From: Pedosphaera sp.
GTDB taxonomy: Bacteria > Verrucomicrobiota > Verrucomicrobiia > Limisphaerales > SIBH01
Assembly: GCA_031414955.1 (NCBI GenBank)
Contig: JANOQV010000067.1
Location: forward strand, 1-64,000
Reading direction: 5' to 3'
DNA length: 64,000 nucleotides
The stretch's first letter is position 1; each line of letters starts with the position of its first letter. The notes beneath the pieces are model-generated. The model saw only the letters and a list, made by a program, of their open reading frames with translations. It ran no database searches and was not told the origin of the DNA. Below, piece by piece: positions 1 through 9,033 of the stretch. Made by a program: the position numbers and the translations under genes.

Positions 1-1
1 T

Positions 2-101
2 GGATCGCGGCCTTCAGGCCGCTTCAGCGTCCAAGCGGGCGATGACGGATCGATTGACCAGCGGGCTTACGAACGGTGAAGCGGCGTAAACGCCGCGCTC
101 C
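2..101. repeat. GGAG-type REP doublet (family A)
   Basis: Arm ggatcgcggccttcaggccgcttca (2-26) is inverted against tgaagcggcgtaaacgccgcgctcc (77-101); a near-identical arm recurs at 27157. Confidence 0.75.
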
Positions 102-174
102 GCACTGGTTGGCAAACAAGAACAGTGTCAAGATGCACCCGACTTCTGAGGGCATTCGATCGCCCACACCACTC

Positions 175-281
175 GGAGCGCGGGCTTTCCAGCCCGCAGC
201 GATATGGAAGGACGAAAAGCCCGCGCGAGCTGAAGCAGTCCGCCCATTGAGTTTTTCTGCGGACTGGAAAGTCCGCGCTCC
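175..281. repeat. GGAG-type REP doublet (ttccag/ctggaa family)
   Basis: ggagcgcgggctttccagcccgcag (175-199) inverted against ctgcggactggaaagtccgcgctcc (257-281); related element at 34628-34750. Confidence 0.75.
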
Positions 282-360
282 GGCACGGCTTCGATCAAAA
301 GAGCCTGCGATCAAAAATCCTCTTCGCTTCCCGCGCCGACTTCGCGAAACTTTTCCGACG

Positions 361-1110
361 ATGAAAGCAGTCATACTCGCCGCCGGCAAAGGCACGCGCA
401 TGAAGGAACTCACCAATGATGTTCCCAAGCCGATGCTCAAAGTGCGGGGCGTGCCCATCCTCGAACACATCATCCTCGGCCTGAAGGCGGCGGGGATTCA
501 TGAGATTTTCATTGTCACCGGCTGGCGGTCGGAGGTCATCGAAGGCTACTTCGGCGACGGCTCGCGCTGGGGCTGCCAGATTGCTTACGGACGGCAGGAA
601 GTGCAGGACGGCACGGGCAAAGCGCCCGAACTGGCGCGCGAATTCATCGGCCCGGCGTGCTTCATCCTCACCTACGGCGACATCCTCGTGAAGCCCGAGA
701 CCTACGCGCAGATGATCCGCCACTACAACACGGACTATTTTTCCGGCGTGGTGACGGTGACCGGCAGCGAGGACGTGACCAAGGGCGGGTTGTTTTTCTT
801 CGACGACAAATTCTGCCTCAAGCACCTCGTGGAGAAACCTTCCGCAGCGCAGTTGGAACAATTGTGCCAGGAGGGCTGGCTGAAACCCGGCGAACTGGGC
901 TGGTATAATGCCGGCATCTACATCTTCCGTCCGTCGCTCTTCGAGTACACCGCGCGCCTCCAGAAATCGCCGCGCGGCGAATACGAACTGACCGACGCCA
1001 TCGCCGCGCTCATCCAAGGCCATCATCCCATGGCGGGTTTCCGCATCGAGGGCCGCTGGGTCGATGTGCGCGATCCGCAGGTGCTGGCCGAGCTGGAGCG
1101 CGAAGGTTAG
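361..1110 (+). CDS. Sugar-phosphate nucleotidyltransferase (RmlA/GlmU-N-like)
   Basis: MKAVILAAGKGTRMKELTNDVPKPM signature and SPRGEYELTDA motif; start moved to ATG 361 because the upstream extension is REP sequence. Confidence 0.9.
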   Translation: MKAVILAAGKGTRMKELTNDVPKPMLKVRGVPILEHIILGLKAAGIHEIFIVTGWRSEVIEGYFGDGSRWGCQIAYGRQEVQDGTGKAPELAREFIGPACFILTYGDILVKPETYAQMIRHYNTDYFSGVVTVTGSEDVTKGGLFFFDDKFCLKHLVEKPSAAQLEQLCQEGWLKPGELGWYNAGIYIFRPSLFEYTARLQKSPRGEYELTDAIAALIQGHHPMAGFRIEGRWVDVRDPQVLAELEREG

Positions 1111-2270
1111 CGCAATTGGTCGGCGCGGAAAACCTGCGTCGGGCCGCGCCGGGGAAAAACAATCAGTTGTGCGTCGTCCGGCCGCTCGGCGAACCGGGCG
1201 ACCACCTTCGCCATCGACCGATAATTCCTCGGCTCGGGAATCGGCGGCACATCCAGCGACGTCAACGCCCAAGTCTGCATGTCGAACACCCAGAGGCCTT
1301 TCATGCCTGGATTCAGAGCGATGACGTCCGCGTGCAAGGGATGGGCGAAGCCGCGCATCGCCTCCGGCAGGCGTGGCACCAGGGAAGGCACGATGATCAA
1401 GTCCGCCTTGGCCGTGTTGCCCGAATAGAGGGCGAAGGAGAAATAGGAATCCCACCAGCCCAGATAGCTGAACGCCGGCAGCAGCGTGATCAGGCTCGTC
1501 AGCACGAGCGCGGAGATCGAGCGGCGCAAGTCATGCCACGCTTCCCTGATGTTCACTTGCGGAAACAGGATGATCACGAACGCCACCATCGCAAGGTTCC
1601 AAGGCCAGACCACGAGATTGTGATTGTGGCCCAAGGGTCCGAGGATCAAGAGCGCGGCGGCATGCACCAGCACCGTGAGGATGATGGCTCCGCGCCGCAG
1701 CTTCGGTATCCACAGACCGGCTCCGATGAACATCTCCACGCCGGGCGCGGCGAGCAGACTCCACTTCACCAGCACCGCCACCGATGCCGGCAGCCAGTTT
1801 GTCACCGGCTGCATCATGTAGGGTACGACGGATTGCTGGTAATCAGGACCGAGCTTTTGCAGACCGGCCCAGAGGTAAACCACCGAGATGATCAGCCGGC
1901 TGGCCGCCAGCGCGGGGGCAGCGGGCAGCAGCGTGCCCAAGAGCAACACCCCATAGAGATAGAACCACGGTTGGCCGCGATTCTGATCGCCGCCGTAAAG
2001 AAACAGCGCGCCCAGCAGCAGGACCGCGATAGCTGGCCGGTAGAAACGAAAGGACGCGACGAGCGCCGCGAACATCAGCCCGAGCAAGGCCACATCCCAC
2101 GGCACCGGAGCTTGAGGAAACCACGAGGCCACGGGCAGGAATGGAAATGTCCGCGCAGCAATCCAAAGCTTCCAACTCGCCAGCATCCCGAGCAGCAAAG
2201 CCAGGAGAATGGCGCAGCGCAGGGCCAGCAACCGCGGCGGAACATCCGCCATCCATCGGGGCAGGGACAT
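1107..2270 (-). CDS. Multi-pass membrane protein, HTTM/DoxX-like, function unknown
   Basis: About 8 hydrophobic segments; motifs DQNRGQPWFY, YLWAGLQKL, HNHNLVVWPWN, WDSYFSFALYSG; TAACCT box 6 nt before the ATG. Confidence 0.7.
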   Translation of the reverse strand: MSLPRWMADVPPRLLALRCAILLALLLGMLASWKLWIAARTFPFLPVASWFPQAPVPWDVALLGLMFAALVASFRFYRPAIAVLLLGALFLYGGDQNRGQPWFYLYGVLLLGTLLPAAPALAASRLIISVVYLWAGLQKLGPDYQQSVVPYMMQPVTNWLPASVAVLVKWSLLAAPGVEMFIGAGLWIPKLRRGAIILTVLVHAAALLILGPLGHNHNLVVWPWNLAMVAFVIILFPQVNIREAWHDLRRSISALVLTSLITLLPAFSYLGWWDSYFSFALYSGNTAKADLIIVPSLVPRLPEAMRGFAHPLHADVIALNPGMKGLWVFDMQTWALTSLDVPPIPEPRNYRSMAKVVARFAERPDDAQLIVFPRRGPTQVFRADQLR

Positions 2271-2350
2271 GGAAGGAGGTTAGTCAGCGAGTGGGCCGCG
2301 CGCAATCGCATCCATCGGGCGCGGTGGATGGGCGAGGGCGGCGCTCCGGT

Positions 2351-3238
2351 TCAACGCACGTAATTCGGATCGAACACCGGCCCCAGTCCGTGCTTGCGCA
2401 GCAGTTCCGCGAACTTCGCCAGTCCGCGCTTCTCGTCCGAGCCGAGGTGATAATGAATGTGCCAGCCGAGGTAATCCGTGCGGAAGTCGAGGTCGTATTC
2501 CGTGCGGGTGCGGATGATGTAGTCGAGCGTGTCCACGCCGAACTCCTTCGCCTCGCGCAGGTGCCGCCGCAGTTCCTTGTTTTCGATTCCTCGGCGCAAG
2601 GCCCACACCGCATAGACAAAAGGCAGTCTGGTGAGATCGTACCAAGCCGCGCCCAAATCCCAAATCTGGTGCTTCGGCTCGGCGCGCAGGAAGTCGATGG
2701 CCTGATCGCCGATGAGCAACACCGCGTCGCAGCTCGGGGCGATCTCGTAGTCGGGCAGGGGAATCAGATCGGCATTCAGGCCACGCTCGGCGAGCAGCAC
2801 TTTGAGCAGGTTCACGCTGGTCAGCGACGCCGCGTCGCAAAAAATCTCGCGAGTTTCCGCCAGCGGATAGCGGTGCGCCACGAACACGCTCTTCACCTCG
2901 CCCAACGACGCTATGGCCACGCCGTCCAGCACGTCGTAGCGGTCATTGAACAGAACCTCGGTCACGCTCACGAGCGCCGCGTCGAGTTCGTCGCGCCGCA
3001 GCATCTCGGCGAGTTTCGCCGGCGTGACGAATTGAATCTCGTCCTCCAGCCCGCGAGTCACCGGCACGGCGTTGAGATACGGCACCGACCCGACGCGGAA
3101 GGGTTTGAGCGAGTGTTCGAGTTCCTGTTCGCGCTGCCGCTCGGTGGTGAGGCGGTCGCGCTCCACGCGCCGCGCCAGTTGCTCCGCCGATTCCGGCGCG
3201 GCCATGCGGAGCTTGGGTGTTTCGTCAGCAGGATTCAT
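2351..3238 (-). CDS. mqnA: Chorismate dehydratase (futalosine menaquinone pathway)
   Basis: VGSVPYLNAVP, SLTSVNLLKVLL, LLIGDQA and DLGAAWYDLTRLPFVYAVW motifs; close to mqnE. Confidence 0.9.
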   Translation of the reverse strand: MNPADETPKLRMAAPESAEQLARRVERDRLTTERQREQELEHSLKPFRVGSVPYLNAVPVTRGLEDEIQFVTPAKLAEMLRRDELDAALVSVTEVLFNDRYDVLDGVAIASLGEVKSVFVAHRYPLAETREIFCDAASLTSVNLLKVLLAERGLNADLIPLPDYEIAPSCDAVLLIGDQAIDFLRAEPKHQIWDLGAAWYDLTRLPFVYAVWALRRGIENKELRRHLREAKEFGVDTLDYIIRTRTEYDLDFRTDYLGWHIHYHLGSDEKRGLAKFAELLRKHGLGPVFDPNYVR

Positions 3239-3585
3239 TTGCTCAGTGCCTTGGGTTTGAGCGTTCGCAACCGGATCAAAAGTTCCTTCGCGTGATGGCG
3301 CAAACTGACTTCGCCAAAGTTGCCCAGCTTCCCTTTGGTGACGCGACGAATGGTTGAGCCAAGCTTCATTTCGTCAATCAACTGGGCGAACCGCATGACC
3401 ACAAATTCATCGATCACCGATTCCGGCAGACAGACGCCGCTCGGTTTCTGTCCGCGCTTCAGTTTCCATGTCTTGACGCCTGTAGCCCAGCCGGAATCCT
3501 TCCAGGAATCCTCGCCGTCAGCCGCCCAAAGATGGACGCCGTCCGCTCCCGACCAGACGTAATGTTTGCCGCGCAAGTACGACAT
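3235..3585 (-). CDS. Hypothetical protein inserted between mqnE and mqnA
   Basis: More AT-rich ORF, likely start ATG 3585 (frame open up to 3699); stop overlaps the mqnA ATG (ATGA). Confidence 0.6.
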   Translation of the reverse strand: MSYLRGKHYVWSGADGVHLWAADGEDSWKDSGWATGVKTWKLKRGQKPSGVCLPESVIDEFVVMRFAQLIDEMKLGSTIRRVTKGKLGNFGEVSLRHHAKELLIRLRTLKPKALSK

Positions 3586-3695
3586 AGCCCTGCCAGTTTG
3601 CGTTGCTGGTGGAATTGGCGCGAGCCATTTCAAGAGCATGGCCTCGGCAAAAATTGACGCGATGAGGCGAAGGACCAAAGCCCTGCGAGTTTGGT

Positions 3696-4865
3696 TCAGG
3701 CCGTGGCCAGATTGTCCTCCAGCACTTTCGATTTTCCGGCGGACGGTTCAGCGGCTGCGGACGGCGTTTCGTCCCACACCTTGAGCGGCTCGTAGAAGGT
3801 TCCGCGCTGGACGGGCGTGCGGCCGGCTTCGCGGATGGCCTTGACCATCGCGGCCTCGGTCTGGAGTTGCGGCGATTTCGCGCCAGCCATGTGGAAGATG
3901 TGTTCTTCGATGATGGTGCCGTGCAGGTCGTCCGCGCCGTAGCTGAGGGCGACTTGCGCGAGCTTGAGGCCGAGGCCCACCCAGTAGGCGGTGACGTGAT
4001 CGAAGTTGTCGAGGTAGAGGCGGCTGACGGCGATGGTGCGGAGCGAGTCGAAGCCGGTGGGTGGATGTTTAACCTCGATCTTGTTGTTGTCCGGCTGATA
4101 GGCGAGCGGGACAAAACCGGTGAAGCCGTGCGTCTCGTCCTGGAGCGCGCGGAGCTGGCGCAGATGATCCACGCGGTCGGCCAGCGTCTCGACGTGGCCG
4201 TAGAGCATGGTGCAGGTGCTGCGCCCGCCGAGGCGGTGCCAGGTGCGATGCACGTCGAGATATTCCTCGGCGGACTCCTTGCCCTTGGCGATTTGCGAGC
4301 GGACTTCCTTCTGGAAAATCTCCGCGCCGCCGCCGGTGAGCGAGGCGAGGCCGGCGTCCTGCAATTCGCGCAGCGTTTGTTCCACCGTGCGTTTGCCGAG
4401 CCAGGCGAGGTGGAGAATTTCAATGGCGGTGAAGCACTTGAGTTGCAGCCGCGCGTCGAGCGCCTTGAGCGCGTGCAGCATGTCCGTGTAGTAGCTGAAC
4501 GGCAGCGACGGATGCAGTCCGCCGACGATGTGCAACTCGGTGATGCCGAGGCGCAACGCTTCGCGCGCCTTCTCGACGATCTGCTCGGTGGTGAGCTGGA
4601 AGCCGTCCGCGTCGCGCTTCTTCTTCGCGAAGGCGCAGAACTGGCAGGAGAGGATGCAGTAATTCGAGTAGTTGATGTAGCGGTTGACGATGTAGCTGGC
4701 GCGGTTGCCGACCTTGCGCTGGCGCGCGAAGTCGGCCATCGCACCGAGGGCGTTCAAGTCCTTGCTCTCGAAGAGCCGCAGCGCGTCGGCTTCGGACAGG
4801 CGCTCTCCGGCCACGACCTTGTCGTAGAGGTCGCGCAGTTCGGAGCGTCGCAGGTGAAAACTCAT
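3696..4865 (-). CDS. mqnE: Aminofutalosine synthase, radical SAM
   Basis: NYSNYCILSCQFCAF CxxxCxxC motif, GGGAEIF, TMLYGHVET, LYLDNFDHVTAYW, GTIIEEHIFHMAG. Confidence 0.88.
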   Translation of the reverse strand: MSFHLRRSELRDLYDKVVAGERLSEADALRLFESKDLNALGAMADFARQRKVGNRASYIVNRYINYSNYCILSCQFCAFAKKKRDADGFQLTTEQIVEKAREALRLGITELHIVGGLHPSLPFSYYTDMLHALKALDARLQLKCFTAIEILHLAWLGKRTVEQTLRELQDAGLASLTGGGAEIFQKEVRSQIAKGKESAEEYLDVHRTWHRLGGRSTCTMLYGHVETLADRVDHLRQLRALQDETHGFTGFVPLAYQPDNNKIEVKHPPTGFDSLRTIAVSRLYLDNFDHVTAYWVGLGLKLAQVALSYGADDLHGTIIEEHIFHMAGAKSPQLQTEAAMVKAIREAGRTPVQRGTFYEPLKVWDETPSAAAEPSAGKSKVLEDNLATA

Positions 4866-4994
4866 CCACGGAGAAGAAGGCACAGTTGGCCCGGGAAATA
4901 AAACTTTTTCAGGCGCGGCTTGGGGAACACCGGTTCTTAACTGGCCTTCCAGGCGAAACCACGCTTGGGCTTTGAGCTGGGAAGTGGTGACAAG

Positions 4995-5055
4995 CGAATG
5001 GGGTCAAACGAATCAGGGAGTCAACTATTCGATCTCATTCGTTTGACCCCTTTCG
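4995..5055. repeat. GGGGTCA-type inverted repeat
   Basis: cgaatggggtcaaacgaat (4995-5013) inverted against attcgtttgacccctttcg (5037-5055). Confidence 0.7.
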
Positions 5056-5100
5056 TTTGGCTTCAAGCCCGTTTGGTTCTTGGAAAGGATGCCTTCGAGT

Positions 5101-5487
5101 TCAGCCCCGTGGCCCGCGCTTGAGCACGAAGACTACGAGCCAGAGCGCCGCACAGATGGCCACGGCGAGCATGATCTCCGCAGGGTTCGGAGAAAAAATG
5201 AGGATGAAGTTTTTCCCCTTCACCAGCGCGGCGAAACTGGAGACGCAGAAGGGCATCAGAAAGAGCCGGAAGAGTTGCCAGCGATCCAGCTGCACTTTCG
5301 TGGTGCCCGATCCGGCGGTGCTGAGATAGAGCGCGAAGCCGATGATGCCGCTCAGTCCGAGCGAGGTGAGCCAGAGCCGGGGAGCAGCGTCGAAGTATTG
5401 CACCAGCACCACGCAGTACCAGATGAAGTAGCACCAGAGGATCAATCGTCCCCTGGAGAGCGTGGCCAGATATCGCCGCAGATTCAT
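5101..5487 (-). CDS. Small membrane protein, hypothetical
   Basis: 128 aa with four hydrophobic segments and host-like codons. Confidence 0.7.
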   Translation of the reverse strand: MNLRRYLATLSRGRLILWCYFIWYCVVLVQYFDAAPRLWLTSLGLSGIIGFALYLSTAGSGTTKVQLDRWQLFRLFLMPFCVSSFAALVKGKNFILIFSPNPAEIMLAVAICAALWLVVFVLKRGPRG

Positions 5488-5539
5488 GCGCGGGGAGAGT
5501 TGGCCTGAACTTCCGCCGGCTCACAAGCGGGGAGACGGG

Positions 5540-8224
5540 CTACTCCTTTTGCAAGGCTGCCTTCTCGGTCGCGCTGGAGATCCTCTTTTCGAGGGCGGGG
5601 TTGGTTTTCAATTCGGGAATCAATTCGATCAACCGCCGATAAAGTTCCAGGGCCGGTTTCCATTTGCCTTGCTCTTCCAAGATGACGCCCGCATCCAGGG
5701 CGGCCTCCTTGACCCAGAAGGGGTCGGGCGCATCTCCTTCCCGGATGGTGTAAACCACGCGCAGGAAATTGTTCAGCGCCGCGTCGAGCAGTCCAGCGGC
5801 CTCGGCCTTCCGGCCTTCCTCCAGGGCCAGCCGGGCCTGCTGCTTTTGCACCCGGCCGAGGCCGACCTCAGCCTGGTTGAGGATGGCCACATCCGGGGGC
5901 ACGGCGTTGGTCACCTTCTGGTAGAGGGCCAGGGCCAGGGCGTATTTCGCGGGGTCAGTGCTGGCCAGTTGGAACTGGCAATTGGCCATCTGGCCCCAGG
6001 CCCGCAACACCAGTGGATCGCTGCTGTAGCCCGCCGGAGCCTGAGTTTTGATGAACTGCTCGATTTGGGAATAAATGTTCAGCGCCTTGGAGAATCGATC
6101 GAGCGCGTTGGTGGAGGGACGTTGCAGGTAGGCGTCGCCGTAGGCGAAATAGGCGAGCACGATTATTTTCGCCGGGCTTCGGTCGTCATTGATGATGGCG
6201 GTAAAGTAGTTCGTGGCGTCATCGAAGCTGAAACGCTGGAGCGCGGCCCGGCCCGCCTTGAGCTGGGCGTGGTAGCTCAACTCGGTCGCGGGCCAGTTCT
6301 GGGAAACGAGCTGGTAGTTTTGCTCGGCGGCGACGAATTGGTCGTGGCGATAATAAAAATCACCGACCCAATCCTGCGCGCGCGCGCCCAGCGCATTGGT
6401 CGGGAAGCGCGCGATAAAGTTCGTGAAGAGGACGAGGGCATTGGTCTCGCGGCCGGCCTGGTCGCTGGCGAGGGCGCGCTGGAACTCGGCCTGGGCGAGG
6501 TTTGCGTTCGAGGGGTAAGCTCCGACCCAGGACTCATAGCGCGCCACCGCTTCCGGCCAGTTGCGCTCACGCTCGAAGGTGCGGATGATGGCCAGTTCCA
6601 CTGCGGGCCGGTTGGTGGAGGAGGGGAAGTGCTTCCGCAGGTTGAAGAGAATTTGTCGCGCGCTGGCGGCCTGGCCCAGTTCATCCGTGACCTGGCCGTA
6701 GAGCAGCAGCGTGCGTTCGGTGTGACCTTGGACCGGATACTCGGCGAGCAGTGGAGCCATGGCTTCATCCGCCGCGGCGAGGTCGCCCGCCTCGCGGCTG
6801 GCTTGCAACATCTGGAAGCGGGCGCGCGGCACCAGTTCCTCCTGCACACGCGGCAAGGCGGCATAGTCCGTGATCACCCGGCGATAATCGCTGATGGCAT
6901 TGGTGTATTCTCGACCTTGAAACTCCAGGTCCGCCAGCTTGAACCGGGCTACGGCGCCCGCTTCCGACCAGGGCAGGTGCTCGGTGGCGGCGCGAAACGC
7001 GGACTGGCTCTCGGCAGCCCGGCCCTGGGCCAAGAGCGCCCAACCACGCACGAGTTGCGCGTTGCCAGCGAACGGGCTGTTGGTGAAATCACGCAGCAGA
7101 CGGCCGCACTCCTCAATGGCGTCGGCGAGCAGCTTGGCGTCGGGCGTGGGATTGGTGGAGATGGTGTTCCACATCTGGTGCTGGCGCAGCCGCAATTCCG
7201 CCAGCGTGACGAGCGCCATGTCGGAGCCGTTTTCGCCCGGATGCTCTTGGAGGAAAGCCTCCATCTGGGCCACGGCATTCGTGATCCGCCCTTGGGCCAG
7301 AGTGAGTTTCACGGTTTTGAACACCGCCTCGCGCAACCGTTCCAGTGGCACGCCCACGCGCTGGTTTTGCTGATAGGCCACGATGGCGGCGTCCGGCTGG
7401 TTCAGACCTTCCAGGATTTCACCCTGCAACGCGATGCTCGCGGCTTCCAGCGCGGGCTGGCGCGTGGTCGCCGCCGTGGCCACGAGGTTTGAGGAACTGG
7501 CCAGTGCGGCCTCGAGCTGTTGCCCGCCGAACTGCGCCTTGGTGTGGAGGTAATCGCGCCGCCATTTCCGCTCGCCCGTGACGCCCGCTGGCGGGATGAC
7601 ATCAAGCGTCTGCACGGCCTCGGCGAACTGGCGCTGTTCGAGCAGCGCTTCGGCCAGCAGGAGTCGGCCTTGCAGGACCGAGCCGCTCTCCGGCGCGCGC
7701 GCCGCCTCGCTTTGAAACGCCCCGGCGGGATGGCGCAGCAGTTCGGAGACGCGCCGCCATTGCCGCAGTTCAAAACGTGCCTGCGCCTCGCCTAGCGCCG
7801 CCTCAAGCCGCAGGGTGGAGTTGGTGTGCCGGGCGATCAGCAGGGCAAAGCTGTTTGCGGCCGGCTCATGCTGGCCCCCGAGAAACTGCACGCGCCCGAG
7901 CCAGTATTGAAACTGGTCGGTGATGCCGGCCGCATAGGTCATGTTGGTGCTGAGCAACTGGATGGCCGCCCTGAAATTCTTTTGCTCCAGCGCGGCCTGG
8001 GCCTGGCGCAGCACCGCCTGGGAGAGGCGCAGGGAAGCCGGATAACTCCGGGCGAAATCCGCGAAAGCCCGCTCCGCCTGCGGATAAAGCCCGTCGCTAT
8101 AAAGCTTTTCCGCCGAAGTGAAGGCGCGTGTCTCCGCATCCGCCGCGCGGGCGGAAATGGCCGCCATGAGGGCGAAGAGCAGCGCGGCCAGGACCGCAGT
8201 TCCTCTGGGGGAGCGAAACAACAT
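5540..8224 (-). CDS. Exported tetratricopeptide-repeat protein
   Basis: Signal peptide ending ARA, many TPR-like helical repeats with YP/FP turns, 894 aa. Confidence 0.85.
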   Translation of the reverse strand: MLFRSPRGTAVLAALLFALMAAISARAADAETRAFTSAEKLYSDGLYPQAERAFADFARSYPASLRLSQAVLRQAQAALEQKNFRAAIQLLSTNMTYAAGITDQFQYWLGRVQFLGGQHEPAANSFALLIARHTNSTLRLEAALGEAQARFELRQWRRVSELLRHPAGAFQSEAARAPESGSVLQGRLLLAEALLEQRQFAEAVQTLDVIPPAGVTGERKWRRDYLHTKAQFGGQQLEAALASSSNLVATAATTRQPALEAASIALQGEILEGLNQPDAAIVAYQQNQRVGVPLERLREAVFKTVKLTLAQGRITNAVAQMEAFLQEHPGENGSDMALVTLAELRLRQHQMWNTISTNPTPDAKLLADAIEECGRLLRDFTNSPFAGNAQLVRGWALLAQGRAAESQSAFRAATEHLPWSEAGAVARFKLADLEFQGREYTNAISDYRRVITDYAALPRVQEELVPRARFQMLQASREAGDLAAADEAMAPLLAEYPVQGHTERTLLLYGQVTDELGQAASARQILFNLRKHFPSSTNRPAVELAIIRTFERERNWPEAVARYESWVGAYPSNANLAQAEFQRALASDQAGRETNALVLFTNFIARFPTNALGARAQDWVGDFYYRHDQFVAAEQNYQLVSQNWPATELSYHAQLKAGRAALQRFSFDDATNYFTAIINDDRSPAKIIVLAYFAYGDAYLQRPSTNALDRFSKALNIYSQIEQFIKTQAPAGYSSDPLVLRAWGQMANCQFQLASTDPAKYALALALYQKVTNAVPPDVAILNQAEVGLGRVQKQQARLALEEGRKAEAAGLLDAALNNFLRVVYTIREGDAPDPFWVKEAALDAGVILEEQGKWKPALELYRRLIELIPELKTNPALEKRISSATEKAALQKE

Positions 8225-8362
8225 CGGCGTTCGTTATCCGACACGGCCGCGCGGGACGCGACTCAAAAAACATTTCCGGAACCAACGGGGCCTCGCGCTT
8301 CGAACTCAGGCGTCCTCGCGCCAGCTTCGAGGGCCCGCCGCAGTGAACGCGGCGGGCATTGG

Positions 8363-9001
8363 TCAGGCTCCAGCGAGTCGCTGCTTGAAGGCACGACAGG
8401 CCGTCGCGATGTCCGGCGCATTCAGGATCGCGGACACCACACAGATTCGCTTTGCGCCCGCAGCCAGAACTTGATCCAGGTTTTGCAACGTGATCCCGCC
8501 AATAGCGAACCACGGCACCGTAAGGTTCGCCGCCGCCCAGCGCACGTAATCGAGTGTCACCGGCGCGCGTCCGGGCTTCGTCCCAGTGGCGAACACCGGC
8601 CCGATGGCGACGTAGTCCGCGCCCGCCGCCACCGCCCGCTGGGCTTGATCGGGCGCGTGGCTGCTCAGGCCAAGTTGAGCCTCAAGGGTTGGAAGCTGGG
8701 CACGGTGCGAGAAACCAGCGTCGAAACAATCCTCCTGGCCCAGATGCAGGAATTCCGCGCCCAGTCGTTGTGCGATGTCCAAATGGTCATTGATGACCAG
8801 CGGTACGCCCGCCGCGCGCGTCACGGGCAGGATGGCTTCCGCCAGTAGCCACACCGCATCAGCCGATGCGGCCTTCGCGCGCAGTTGGATGATGTCCGAA
8901 CCGCCATCGCAAAGCTGGCGTGCCACCTCGGCGGCCTCGCGTCCGTGCAGCCAGGAGGTATCGACGAAGGTGTAGAGGTGGCAGTTGACGATCGAGTTCA
9001 T
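8363..9001 (-). CDS. thiE: Thiamine-phosphate synthase
   Basis: IIQLRAK, VINDHL, HLGQED, GLSSH, GPVFATGTK, AIGGIT motifs; GGAGG upstream. Confidence 0.93.
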   Translation of the reverse strand: MNSIVNCHLYTFVDTSWLHGREAAEVARQLCDGGSDIIQLRAKAASADAVWLLAEAILPVTRAAGVPLVINDHLDIAQRLGAEFLHLGQEDCFDAGFSHRAQLPTLEAQLGLSSHAPDQAQRAVAAGADYVAIGPVFATGTKPGRAPVTLDYVRWAAANLTVPWFAIGGITLQNLDQVLAAGAKRICVVSAILNAPDIATACRAFKQRLAGA

Positions 9002-9033
9002 GGCCTCCGCGGAAGGGTCGGTCCGCCCTGTGA

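Noticed and set aside
76..360. N-terminal extension of the nucleotidyltransferase given by the ORF track
   Set aside because: Made of REP sequence; the family signature begins at ATG 361
5462..7492. Long antisense ORFs (this 676-aa one, also 25009-26778, 43760-45850, 57011-59092 and others)
   Set aside because: Shadow frames opposite well-supported genes, expected in GC-rich DNA; no recognisable motifs
9002..9033. TPP riboswitch before thiE
   Set aside because: Spacer is only 32 bp and lacks the CTGAGA core
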